Of a stretch of 64,000 bases of DNA, positions 26,561 through 39,470 are shown piece after piece. The notes under the pieces are model-generated. The model was given only the letters and a program-made list of their open reading frames with translations, ran no database searches and was not told the origin of the DNA. The translations under genes were made by a program, and so were the position numbers. The stretch spans positions 1,183,737 through 1,247,736 of the forward strand of contig NC_069003.1 of NCBI RefSeq assembly GCF_001194135.2, given 5' to 3'. This DNA is from Octopus bimaculoides. Lineage: Eukaryota. Numbering within the stretch: the stretch's first letter is position 1; every line of letters starts with the position of its first letter.

Positions 26561-26705
26561 CAATAACAAAACAGTCCCATCAACGAGGACAACAACAACA
26601 ACGAGATCAATAACAAAACAGTCCCATCAACGAGGACAACAACAACAACAACAACGAGATCAATAACAAAACAGTCCCATCAACGAGGACAACAACAACA
26701 ACAAC
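26561..26705. repeat. Three tandem units CAATAACAAAACAGTCCCATCAACGAGGAC(AAC)nGAGAT, periods 47 and 53 bp
   Basis: Unit starts at 26561, 26608 and 26661. Length differs only by AAC copy number. Confidence 0.95.
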
Positions 26706-28018
26706 CCCGTTAAGGCGACCATCAGCAACCACAAAAACAACAAATGGTAGAGCAATAACGACAAAAGGTTAACACAAACAACGATAAGGAAGAGCGAGCA
26801 AAGACGACACAACGTCAATGCCGATAACGAGAACAACAATGCGTTCACCTCCACCACCTCCACCACCACCACCACCAATGTCACCTACATTAACAGCAGC
26901 AGCAGCAGCACCACCACCACCACCACCACCATCACAAACACTGACTCCACGGACTGCAACAGTGTTGACAGGATTATATATCTATAGATATACACACATC
27001 ATCAAATGTTCACAAAGGGATTCTTTCGAGATATAACATAGAAGAAACGATAGGAAATCAACGTCTATTCAAGTATTATAAAAAAAAAAGCCCCCAGATG
27101 AAGAAAGTATGGTGAGGTTTATGGCAAATTCTATGAAGATGAAAGAACATTTTATAATATATATCGCTATAAACATACTATAAACACACAAGTATATTAT
27201 TTTTCTCTTGCTTCGAGGCAAATAATTGAATAGAGCAACGATAATACTTTATATCGTGTGATGTGATATCATATTGTCACTGGGATAAAGTATCGTATCA
27301 AGTTTATATACTTTTTTACTCTAATATAACGTTTTCTTTTCAAATTTTTCTGTTAAAAAGAAAATGTCTATATTTTATACACATAAACCAACCAAACAAC
27401 AAAAACAACAAACAGACTCAACCACACACACACGTACACACACAGAAACTTACGTGCACACATACATATGCATACATACATTTACATATATATATATATA
27501 TACACACAGATATATGTATACACACATACACGAACACACATATACATTTGATGATTAATATATGTGTGTGATTTTGTGATAATGTGTTTAGAAGGATGTG
27601 TAAATGTGTGCTGAGGGATATGTCACAGACGGTATGCTTAGTAACGATTATGAAAACCATTTGCGAAAATGTATGCTGGAGGTACGACAGAGAAGCTTCT
27701 ATATTTGATACAGAGAGTCATTGGAATACTTTGTGTTTTCTTTGACAAAAGATCATTGCTCTCTCTTTCATTTCTCACAGTAACAAAAGATATGGCTTTT
27801 AATTAAACGCATTGTATATAATGTTCATGTTTAATATGTATGTATAATATTTCTGTGTCGTTACGTATTTCTTTTTCTTCCTTTCAATACGTGGAAATGA
27901 ACATTATTCCAGTTTTGAAACATATTTTTCACCAGTAACAATGTTTTTGCCCTTTACATATGAAAATAAATTCTTCTTCAATTTAGATTTTGTATACTGA
28001 AAAAAAGCCCCCCCCCCA

Positions 28019-28058
<40 letters not shown>

Positions 28059-28861
28059 GCACTGATTCCATAGTCATCCCGCAAAACACTTGATTGGAGA
28101 TTGTTGGTTAGATGTGGAAACACAGCTTGCATTGCATCTAAAGTTCTGAAGTGGCTTCTGTCCTTAGAAATTGTGAAGATGTAACCGCAAGAAAATAAAA
28201 AAGAATACCTGTTTGAACAGACATTCTAAACACGTTGAAAATCATCATTTACCTTAATAACTTCGAGATTATTTACGGGTACACCCTTCTTTCTTCGATT
28301 CTATATATTTTGATGATACAGCAATTTGTAGGCTGGACCTCTGAATGAATATTAGAGGGACCGAGTAAAAATGCCTTGTTGCAAGGTTTGAAGAATAGCT
28401 CTGCTAGTGTCGAGTGTTATTTATGCCAAGCCATAATCTGTGATTTCAGCTAAGTTCCCATATTATCGGTCAACTGCAGATTGTTTTATCACATTTGAAT
28501 ATATCATATTCCAAGTTTCTCCAGGTTGCCTCAATACTGGTGAAACTAGCAGATATAACAAGACCTTCTCCTGTTTACCATTGTCGAGAAGCACGGTGTG
28601 AATTCAAAACTTTTTCCTCTTTATTTGCCTTCTTACTATCGGGTAACTAATTTCATGTTGTTACGTAACTGAAGTCAAGAATTGGGTCTTCATAGCTTAA
28701 TGGGGTTTCCTGAAAACAAGATCCTATGTAAGACAGTTCGGTATTCTCTGTAAATGCACAAAAAAACTGCTTTAAGGGCTACAAGCTTTATATTGGATTA
28801 CCGAAACAATTATGTGAACGGGACTAAGGGATAAGCTCCGCTTTTCCGGGAATTATATGTA

Positions 28862-29024
28862 GGTGTAGAAGTGGTGGTGTGGTAAGTAGCTTGCTTACCA
28901 ACCACATTGTCCCGGGTACAGTTCCACTGCGTGGCAACTTGGGAAAGTGTATTCTACTAATATTCCCGGGCCAACCAAAGCCTTGTGAGTGGATTTGGTA
29001 GGCGGAAACGGAACGAGGCCAGTC

Positions 29025-29027
<3 letters not shown>
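28862..29027 (+). mobile_element. SINE family A, 5' half, followed by (TA)n
   Basis: GTGTGGTAAGTAGCTTGCTTACCAACCACATTGTCCCGGG...CCAAAGCCTTGTGAGTGGATTTGGTAGGCGGAAAC. Confidence 0.9.
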
Positions 29028-29073
<46 letters not shown>

Positions 29074-29131
29074 TATATATATTAATTGATAGATTCATGT
29101 ACGTATGTATATATACATATATAAATAAATT

Positions 29132-29162
<31 letters not shown>

Positions 29163-29884
29163 TATGAGTGTGTGTGCGTGTGTAAGCGTTTATGTAAGTA
29201 TGTGTGGATGTGTTCTATATATGTCGGAAATGGGAGATAGACAATGAGACTTGCACAGAAGCTTACGGAGGTTGATAATACACACACACACACACACATA
29301 CACACACATACAGAACCATTCATGCCCATGTGTTTGTGTGTGCGTGTGTGTGTGTGTGTGTGTGTATGACCATGTGTATTTGTGTTTCCCGAAGAAAGAG
29401 AAAGTGAGATGCGTCTCATCTATATTCAACAGGGATATCGCCCCTCCCAATTAGGTATGTGATCAGAATATGAAGATGAGATCCTTTAAACCTATACGTG
29501 AATTAACCCAAACATAGATACATATACATACGCTTGCACACAACACACGTATATAATCTCACGCACATACATTTATACAACACACACACACACACACACA
29601 TTTGTGTCTGTGTGTCTGTATGTGTGTCTGTTCTTCTGAATTTGCTGTCTGAGGGTGAGTGATAATGCAGACAATTTTCAAACTATCTTGAATATGCAAA
29701 TTATATCAACGACTTGTAATTAAAGTGTATTTCTCCGTTTAAGCCTTTAATTCTCTGACAGTTTTTCTCCTTCATAATTCTCTTTCTATCTCTCTCTAGC
29801 TCCCTGTGTCGTCTCTCTTTCCCTCTCTGTCTTCTTGTCTTATACACAGAGGCGCATACGGTTAGATGTATGCATGTAAGTCTC

Positions 29885-29978
<94 letters not shown>

Positions 29979-30329
29979 CACACACATACATGCGCACTTA
30001 ATTTTACATACCCTCACACACACAAACATATAGATATAAATACATATTTACATATTATCACTCTGTCATATCCATATAGATACGCATATTTGTATACGTA
30101 TGTATAATAACGTATGTCACGTGGTATATAAAGACAAAATGCACAGCAAAAGAGGCAATCGGTATGGCAATTCAGTTATCCAACGCTCTGAAATGTTTCG
30201 GTTGCCAAATAAATAACAATAGATTTGAAGTGTTTCCTATCCAACGCAGACTTTCAAATATATATTTGTGCTTTTACCTATTATTACCAATGAGATGCTC
30301 TGACTGTGAATCGCACCACATGCCGACCT

Positions 30330-30401
30330 AAATATTGATGACCTTTTGTTTTCATTAATCGAATTAAATATTGATGACATTTTGTTTTCATTAATCGAAT
30401 T
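30330..30401. repeat. 36-bp tandem duplication with 1 mismatch
   Basis: AAATATTGATGAC(C/A)TTTTGTTTTCATTAATCGAATT twice. Confidence 0.95.
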
Positions 30402-31699
30402 AATTTAGTAAGTGAAACAAGGTTGTGTACTGTCTAAACTGATGCGTATTCTATCAGCGAAGTATGTACATCTTGGTGTCAGTTGTATGCACTTTATTGT
30501 ATATTCCCAGGTACTCCGTTGGTCAGTGATAACCACGGAATCCAACCTGAGGCTTTCATTGGTAGATTTGAAATTGCCCGACAAGTCTCTCTCCGATAGA
30601 CCACTGATGTAGTCAAAGGCTACAACGCCTTTGGCCCGATGGAGTTGGACACTTCGACACGAGTGACGGTGTAGGGGTTGCTGTGAGAACACAGACATGC
30701 AGTAAATCATCCCGCCGAGGGTATCTGTGTGCCACCATTATATAGCGTGATGTTCGAACTTACGCAATGACAGACAATGGTCATGTCCAGCGGAATTGAA
30801 AGAAGATAGTTGAGTCGGACCAACCAAAAGTAGGGATTCTTTCGAATGCCCTGACCACCTTGTAAATCACACTTCATCATTGTATATCAGATAAAGTCAT
30901 TTTGCTTCAAGTACACATTATCAACCAACCAGTGGATATCACATTAATAAACATTTCGTGAGTGTTGAGAAATACGTGCACTAACGGTTTTTGTTTTTGT
31001 ACCTGCAGTGCCATATTTATGAATAGTACATTACAAATAAAGTGTATATGAGAAGCTTCTGGTATTGTATGTAAAACGCAATGCAGACAATGGTTATCAA
31101 AAAGAGTAGACGAGGAAGCAAACTGTCTTCAAGCACTCAATATGGAATTTGAAGGTTGCAATTTATAGAGGACACTTTATGTCAAATTGATGAAATTGAG
31201 TCAGCAATGTAAACCCGTCGGTATTTGTGGGGTAAATGGATATTAATGTTAATACATTCCCTGGCATTATTGGACACACTCATATACACAACTCACACAA
31301 TCATATACGCATACACACACAGACATACACATTCACACGCAAACACACACGCAGGCAAACAAACACTCGCACATACTTCTATACGCACATGTATTACATG
31401 TATTACATCCAATTCCTTACACCCACCACCCACCCCTACCCACATACCCCACCCTACCCACATACCCCTACCTATACCCCACCCTCAGCCTAACCCACAC
31501 TCCACCCATGCCTTCCCCACCTCCCAACACCCTCACATCACACCACACCAATACCCTCGCATCACACCACGCNNNNNNNNNNNNNNNNNNNNNNNNNNNN
31601 NNNNNNNNNNNNACGTCAAGATCACCAGCATTCTACCTCCCACACACAGCCCCTCGTTCCCGATCACCGTTTGTTATCTCCCCTTTTCTTAGCTCTCCT

Positions 31700-31950
31700 G
31701 AAAAAAGAATTTCGAACTTCCGGTCAGCCATTGTTATGATCGGCCATTATTATGATTGACCGTTGACTGAACACTATTCAATTTTTTTTCTCCGTGTTTT
31801 TCTCCTTGTCTCCGTATTCTTTCTGTTGAAGAGCGTAGCTCGAAACGTCAGACTTTCCGTATTCCCGAGCGTCATACTAATATATCCTTTTGTTATTTAC
31901 ACCACCTGTCCTCGTCTGTTGTTATTATTTGTATATTCTCCCATATATAT
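31700..31950 (+). mobile_element. Dispersed-repeat-like segment with a Penelope-like terminal motif (TTGAAGAGCGTAGCTCGAAACGTC)
   Basis: The motif at 31826-31849 resembles the TGANGA..CGAAAC core of Penelope-like element termini. Only one copy is in the window. Confidence 0.3.
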
Positions 31951-32034
31951 ATATGTATGTGTACACACATACACATATATATGTATGTATATGTATATAT
32001 ATATATGCATGTATATATATATACATATATGTAT

Positions 32035-32094
<60 letters not shown>

Positions 32095-32767
32095 GTATCT
32101 ATGTACGTACACAGTCACACAGAAACATGGGTATAGAAGGAGAGTGTCCTTGCATGAGTGTGACAGAATTGTAAGCCTAACACATCTGCGTCAAAGTGAA
32201 AACAAAGCAACAGTAATAAGACCTTACCGCTAATGACGTGCTGTAACTTCGATGCTAAACGAGAGATAGAATGCAATGGATTTCGAGATTGTTCCATGCC
32301 ATTAGTTGCCAGCTTTTAATTATGATTTCCCACATGGTACAACACTGTCCACATTTCCTCAAACGACCAATCAGTTTGTGTGCTTGTCTGCTTCTATTGA
32401 AATAAAATACCTACAGAAACCTCCAGACAAGCTGACCAATTGATTTTAGGTTTTTGGAGATTTTTCGACACAACTCTTCTCGCTTTTGCGTTTTATACTG
32501 TCGTGTATTGTCAGGCCGAGGAAATATTAACACTCAACAAAATGAAATTAGATAAGGAATAGATATGTATGTATCTATCTATCGTACTGTCTGTCTATCT
32601 GTCTATCTATCTACATACATACATATAATGTATGCATATATATATATATATATGTGTGTGTGTGTTTTTATACATACCTAAAAATGTATATATGCATACC
32701 AATATACATATAATCCATATGAAAAATCTACGTACATATATATATGTATGTAGGTATGTATGTATGA

Positions 32768-32799
<32 letters not shown>

Positions 32800-34182
32800 N
32801 NNNNNNNNNNNNNNNNNNNNNNNNNNNNNNNNNNNNNNNNNNNNNNNNNNNNNNNNNNNNNNNNNNNNNNNNNNNNNNNNNNNNNNNNNNNNNNNNNNNN
32901 NNNNNNNNNNNNNNNNNNNNNNNNNNNNNNNNNNNNNNNNNNNNNNNNNNNNNNNNNNNNNNNNNNNNNNNNNNNNNNNNNNNNNNNNNNNNNNNNNNNN
33001 NNNNNNNNNNNNNNNNNNNNNNNNNNNNNNNNNNNNNNNNNNNNNNNNNNNNNNNNNNNNNNNNNNNNNNNNNNNNNNNNNNNNNNNNNNNNNNNNNNNN
33101 NNNNNNNNNNNNNNNNNNNNNNNNNNNNNNNNNNNNNNNNNNNNNNNNNNNNNNNNNNNNNNNNNNNNNNNNNNNNNNNNNNNNNNNNNNNNNNNNNNNN
33201 NNNNNNNNNNNNNNNNNNNNNNNNNNNNNNNNNNNNNNNNNNNNNNNNNNNNNNNNNNNNNNNNNNNNNNNNNNNNNNNNNNNNNNNNNNNNNNNNNNNN
33301 NNNNNNNNNNNNNNNNNNNNNNNNNNNNNNNNNNNNNNNNNNNNNNNNNNNNNNNNNNNNNNNNNNNNNNNNNNNNNNNNNNNNNNNNNNNNNNNNNNNN
33401 NNNNNNNNNNNNNNNNNNNNNNNNNNNNNNNNNNNNNNNNNNNNNNNNNNNNNNNNNNNNNNNNNNNNNNNNNNNNNNNNNNNNNNNNNNNNNNNNNNNN
33501 NNNNNNNNNNNNNNNNNNNNNNNNNNNNNNNNNNNNNNNNNNNNNNNNNNNNNNNNNNNNNNNNNNNNNNNNNNNNNNNNNNNNNNNNNNNNNNNNNNNN
33601 NNNNNNNNNNNNNNNNNNNNNNNNNNNNNNNNNNNNNNNNNNNNNNNNNNNNNNNNNNNNNNNNNNNNNNNNNNNNNNNNNNNNATATATATATATATAT
33701 ATACACATACAAAGAAACATATATATACCTATGTTTGCGTTTGTATGTGTGTATATGTGTGAAACTAAATAGTTACGTGCCTGGTGAACAGCGGAAAGCT
33801 AAACGATGACTTTGCCTATATACCTGTATATGTTCCAGAGTATTCGGACGTGAATATGTTAATCGCTGTCGTGTATCATCTTAGTAGCACAATGTTACCT
33901 TTCACACGAATATGCTTTTATAACTTATTCAATTCATTAGTGCTAGGTCCCCACGGGACCCTCGGTGTTTCGTGATCGTTGTGTGCCGTGTGGTAAATAC
34001 ACCCTGAGTGATGTATATCACAAGTGTCCTTGACTCCTGTTCATAACTTCAACAAACGAATTATATGCTGATATGTGTTAACCACCCACAAGACATTAAA
34101 TAAAACGCAGGGTCATTCTGGAACGAAGCTCTAGGTTATAAGTATTTAACTTTTGAAAGGGACCTTATAACGCCGAAATATT

Positions 34183-34386
34183 ATTTTCTACTCGAGGCAC
34201 AGGTCCTGACATTTTTGGGGAGCGGGGCCAGTCGATTAGATCAAATCCAGTACACAACTGGTACTTAATTTATCGACTCCGAAAGAATGAAAGGCAAAGT
34301 GGACGTCAACAGAATTTGAACGTAAAGACAGACGAAATACTGCTAAGCATTTCGCCCGGCGTCCTAACGTTTCTGCCAGCTCACCG
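34183..34386 (-). mobile_element. SINE family B, full copy
   Basis: Collinear with 8987-9195 (GTCGATTAGATC..CAACTGGTACTTAATTTATCGACTCCGAAAG..GCTAAGCATTTCGCCCGGCG..TTCTGCCAGCTC). Confidence 0.9.
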
Positions 34387-34634
34387 ATTTTATAACGCCG
34401 ACATTATGGCATTCGTAAGTGGTACTTTATAAAGACGTAATTTATTTATTTTTGCTTCTCACTTAAATTCTTTTCACTTTCTCAGTAACATTTAAATCTG
34501 TTTCAGGAAGCTTCAACGGTGTTGCACTATTCTAATACACAGATATATGCATACATATATAAATACAAACATATACAAAGACACACAGAGACACTCACAC
34601 AACAACGCACACAAGGATACACACACACACGTTC

Positions 34635-34671
<37 letters not shown>

Positions 34672-36773
34672 CTCCAAAGTGTAGGCTACTTTAATAAATT
34701 ATTCATCCGCTATTTTTTACTGCTTCAGTCCTCTGAATCTCCAGAGAACTCCGGTCTAGCAATTTCTATCCACATGGACAGTAATTTGTAGACATCGGAA
34801 GTGGTCAACCTGTTGAGATTATGCAAGAAGAAAATGTCTAAGTTTGCAAAACGCAAAGATATGAGGTCGGAAGACGACCCATCCATGTGGTTGTGAAGCG
34901 ATATATTTTTTATTAATGAAGACACTGCCATCTTTTTATATACATTCTTACGCTTATGAGAAATATACGCACATTTATCCTTCGACACACTGCAAGAGAA
35001 TCACACACAAACGCAGTCCTATTGACAATGATTCATCTAAGGAAAGACCTATAAAACTTGATAATCGATAAATATTTCCGGTAATCGATTATTTTCGCGC
35101 CTTTTATTATTAACACTGGAATGACTTTATAGATATGCGCAAACATCTCAAAATTCTCAATTCAACCAGAAGCAATGCAGTTTTTTTCTGCTTTTTTTTT
35201 TTGCGGTTGAGAACTTCAGTTTGGGGTAGATATCAGAAAGCAGGGGTGGGAGAGGTTAAGGATAGTTGAAAGTTCTGGGTCGCCGTGACATGCCAGGAAA
35301 TTAAGGATGTATATTCGAAAACATAGACTTATATAAAACGCATATCCACACACACATACACACAAACACATGTATATATCTATGTGTACGTATATAGTAT
35401 ATGTTATCAATATATTTATATTGTATGTCTGTGTATATTTGCCAGTAGCTTGTCATTCATAAATCTTATAGATATTACAATGAAAACGACTTTTTTTCTC
35501 TCCTTATATTAGCTTTAAATTGACACCTTGATTCTATCTCATAATTCTCAGTACGTTCTGAACAATAATGCTCCTTTGTTATTTAATACTTTTTATCAAA
35601 CCTTAATGTCCATAACGTCATCATCGCCAATCGAACTTATATGTCATTTTAATTTAACTTATGTAGATTTTACTAAGCCATATATAGTTTTACTTATATA
35701 CATGAATACATATTTTGCGGGTAACAAGATAGAACATTGCTATTCTGAATCTGTGTACTGAAGCAGAAATAACTACCGACGTATGTCGTATTGTCTCCGC
35801 AGAATCTGAATATTTCTCACATGCTCTGTTGCGAAATAGACTTAATTTTTTTAAGAATGTCCTTTTCCTCTTGGAGTTGGATGGAATTAACACAAAGCGT
35901 TCCTTTTTTTCTTTGAAAATCAAAGAAAAAAAGGATATCTATGGACAACTGTTTCGAAACATCCAGCTGCAGTATCCATATTTATACCTATAATAATTCG
36001 AGTATTAGGTTTTCTTAGGAGAATCTGGATAAACAGGGATTTTCACAAAGAGAAAATGACTGGTAATCTGTGAGAGGAACAGTACAAATATGCAAGACTT
36101 TATCTCAAGCTTTAAATGTGAATTTATCTGTGTTAACTACATCCCAAAGGTGGAGCATTTTATCTTTATTGGAAACCTGCTTCCTCCTCATTGGAAGATT
36201 TCTAATAATTACGAAATAGAAGAGACATACCTGCATACATACCTATACCAATATACGAAAACACACAACTAAATTCCCACGCGCATTGTGAATTGCAGTT
36301 TTTCTATCGATCAACAGAATATGCGGAGGGGACCTTCATCATGAGAGGACTGGAGATTATCGTTTTGGTAAATCATAAGACCGATATAGAAAGAAATTTT
36401 GCTACAGACCTGTGATCTGGAATAAATAAATATATATATATATATACGTGTACGTATGCATAATTTGCTGTATATCAATATTATCTTATAAAAAAAACCC
36501 AGCTGCAGTCACACACCGCATGTTTAGCGTGCTGTTATCCAATAACGTAACATGAATCGTCGAGGCGCGAAACGAAATCAGTGATTTACGCCGTACGACA
36601 TTTCGTCTGTGGTTCGCATGATTTATTGGTTGCTAGCATGATCCTTCACTATTAACAGGGATGATTAAATCATATGTCGCTCTGTCTCAATGATAATTGT
36701 TATAGACGAGTGAATTTACGAGTACACCTACTCTTTATCTCTCTTAATATATATATATAATGTATTATATGTA

Positions 36774-36807
<34 letters not shown>

Positions 36808-36853
36808 ATGTGTGCGTACATATGTATACATATATATTCCCAGCCGTACACAC

Positions 36854-36887
<34 letters not shown>

Positions 36888-37059
36888 GTAGATAAATAGA
36901 TATATGTGTATATATACATATATTATATGTTCATGTACATATGGGTATGTATAAGCGGTATAAATACACGCAATTTCGGACACATAGATAATGCCCTTAA
37001 CAATTATATCTATTTATATGTGTCTTCACTTCATCTATATACATGCGTATGTATATACA

Positions 37060-37109
<50 letters not shown>

Positions 37110-38904
37110 CACACACAGACACGCACACACACAGTAGCTTCGCCTCCAATTACATGCTGTTGTATCTCTACCGTTTGTTTGATTGCTTTCATGGGTTCAG
37201 TCCATTTATTGATATATCTCTTGGTTGTTATTTTATTCTGTTGACAACGACGGCTGATGCTAACATTTCCAGCTCTCATTTTTAAAAAAAAATCTGCTTT
37301 TACGACACAAAATGTATGTTATGATTGCTTGTTGCCAATATCTATTAATCTAATCCGTGTAGCTTACCAATATGCTATATAGCAGTTATATGTCGTTTCG
37401 AACCCTACTACAAGGCCACATTGTCTAATTTATTTACTGATACATAAAAATTTGAAAAAGACTACGATTTTTATGAAATATAATGATTATGGGTATATAT
37501 TTTTCGAAAGCTCAGTTGATTATCAATGGACATTGGTTCAAATTGTAATAACACCAAACCATTGTCAAATACAACTGAACCATTAACTTGTTTGCTAAGC
37601 TTACTTGAAATAGCAGCTAAACGTAAGTCAAACGCTGTCAACCCTTATACACAAACACGTGGTATTTGACAACGTGCCTAAGAAATAGGAAATTAGACGG
37701 GATAGTCGCTGACAGTAGTATCTCGAAGGCCTACGAGCCAACCTAACAGCCAAATGGTAATTTATTCAATTGAATGAAGCAGGCAAATATTTTGGAAAAA
37801 CCTTCTGTAAGAAAAACGGTTTCTATAAACTGCATTGTCCCCTCTGCCGCTTTACATATTCATCACTGGCAATTAAAGCGAATATATTTTGCTGCGAAGA
37901 TATAATAATAGGAAAACAGTTCGGCTTCAATAAATTAGTTTTCAGGAATTGATCCCCGTAACGCACAGCAACATTCGTCCTAAACCAGGACTGCCATGTT
38001 ATGTTGGCAAAGAATCTTTGAAAGCAACTGTCCGGCGAACGGAAACGTGAAACTGAGTAACAGCTTTGTGGTGTTTTTGCAGTTTTAATATAAAAAGCGT
38101 ATCACTCTGTCTTCGGTAGTCGAGTACTATTTTCTCCTACATTATTTCCCATTTATGTGCTTACTCGTATGTGTATGTGAGTTTGTGTGTATGCGCATGT
38201 ATATATTGAGCGTGTGTACAAATTGCATGCATATATACATATATGGCATGATCACGAAGGATGATGAAAATGTTACTAGAGCAGACTTCATTGTTCCCGT
38301 GTTCTGCTGCCAACCGGAACAATGTCACCAACAACAGCAACAACATTATATACTTGCACTTAATGTTGACTAAAATCACAAGGCCTTCTGCAATTTCTCT
38401 TTGTATACATATTATCGTTCCTGTCATGTTTCATAAATTTACCGATCTATCCAAGAACGTTTCATTATGTTGTAACTATTATATTTCACATTTTAGGTAA
38501 GTTAAACCACGTTCATTGATGTTTATTAAGACTCCCATTTCAATCAGGAATTCCATTTTCCATCCGGATACTGTGATAACATATTTTAATGCATATTTAA
38601 ATATGTATAAATTGTGTATGAAATTTATTACTACGTATTGCCAACTGAGATGAGTGTGCAGTAACTATCGCAGTCTCTTAAATAATAAGAATATCATATC
38701 ATATTAGAGTTCATTGATTATTTTTGATGTCTGGTAAATTCGTGTAGATTTGTGTTTGTACTTTTTTTAAGGACGAATTTCTGAAGATTAGATATTAAGG
38801 CGATTTAATTCTAGTTTATATGTATTTAATTTACTGTTCCGTTACTGGTGGGATTATAAGTACTCATTTAATATAAACGTGTTGTGTATATGAGGCGGCC
38901 GTAC

Positions 38905-38985
38905 CTGCAGAACCCTGTAATACGGAGGCAGGCTGAGGACAATAATATGCAGTTTAATGCTGGGAAATTCAAAGCTCTGGGCTCT
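38905..38985 (+). mobile_element. Small CR1/L2-group RT fragment
   Basis: Translates ..AEDNNMQFNAGKFKAL, typical of the W(A/S)xxNxMxFNxxK segment after the RT catalytic motif in CR1-group LINEs. Confidence 0.5.
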
Positions 38986-38990
38986 GGCTA

Positions 38991-39027
<37 letters not shown>

Positions 39028-39212
39028 GACAGTATTAAGGCAAGAAATGTGCAGAAGTAAAGCAAACTGAAAATAGTGTCTTATGGGATTAAAAATGAGA
39101 GGATAAAGATGAAACATTCTAAGATGGAAACATAGAACGAAGGAAGAGAGAAACAGAGGAGGAAAGGTGGAAGGAAAAAACAAATACTAAGGCGATATGT
39201 GGTTGTGTTTAA

Positions 39213-39268
<56 letters not shown>

Positions 39269-39433
39269 TGGTTAAGCGATATTACAGTGCATTTACTCTA
39301 GTTATAGAATACAACCATTCGTGGATATTTTATTAGCGATGGAAAAACAAGAAAAAAGATTCTAAGTGACACATGTCAAAATTTACGACCATCCAGGTTA
39401 GTATTTACTATCCATAAACATAACAACTCCGCG

Positions 39434-39470
<37 letters not shown>

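Noticed and set aside
31420-31572. C-rich CCCACATACCCC-type repeats (G4-forming on the minus strand)
   Set aside because: Low-complexity degenerate repeat running into a gap, with no evidence of function.
34725-34988. 87-aa minus-strand ORF (..LTTSDVYKLLSMWIEIARPEFSGDSED) with a possible acceptor
   Set aside because: No recognisable family, no donor or partner exon, and the length is within chance expectation.
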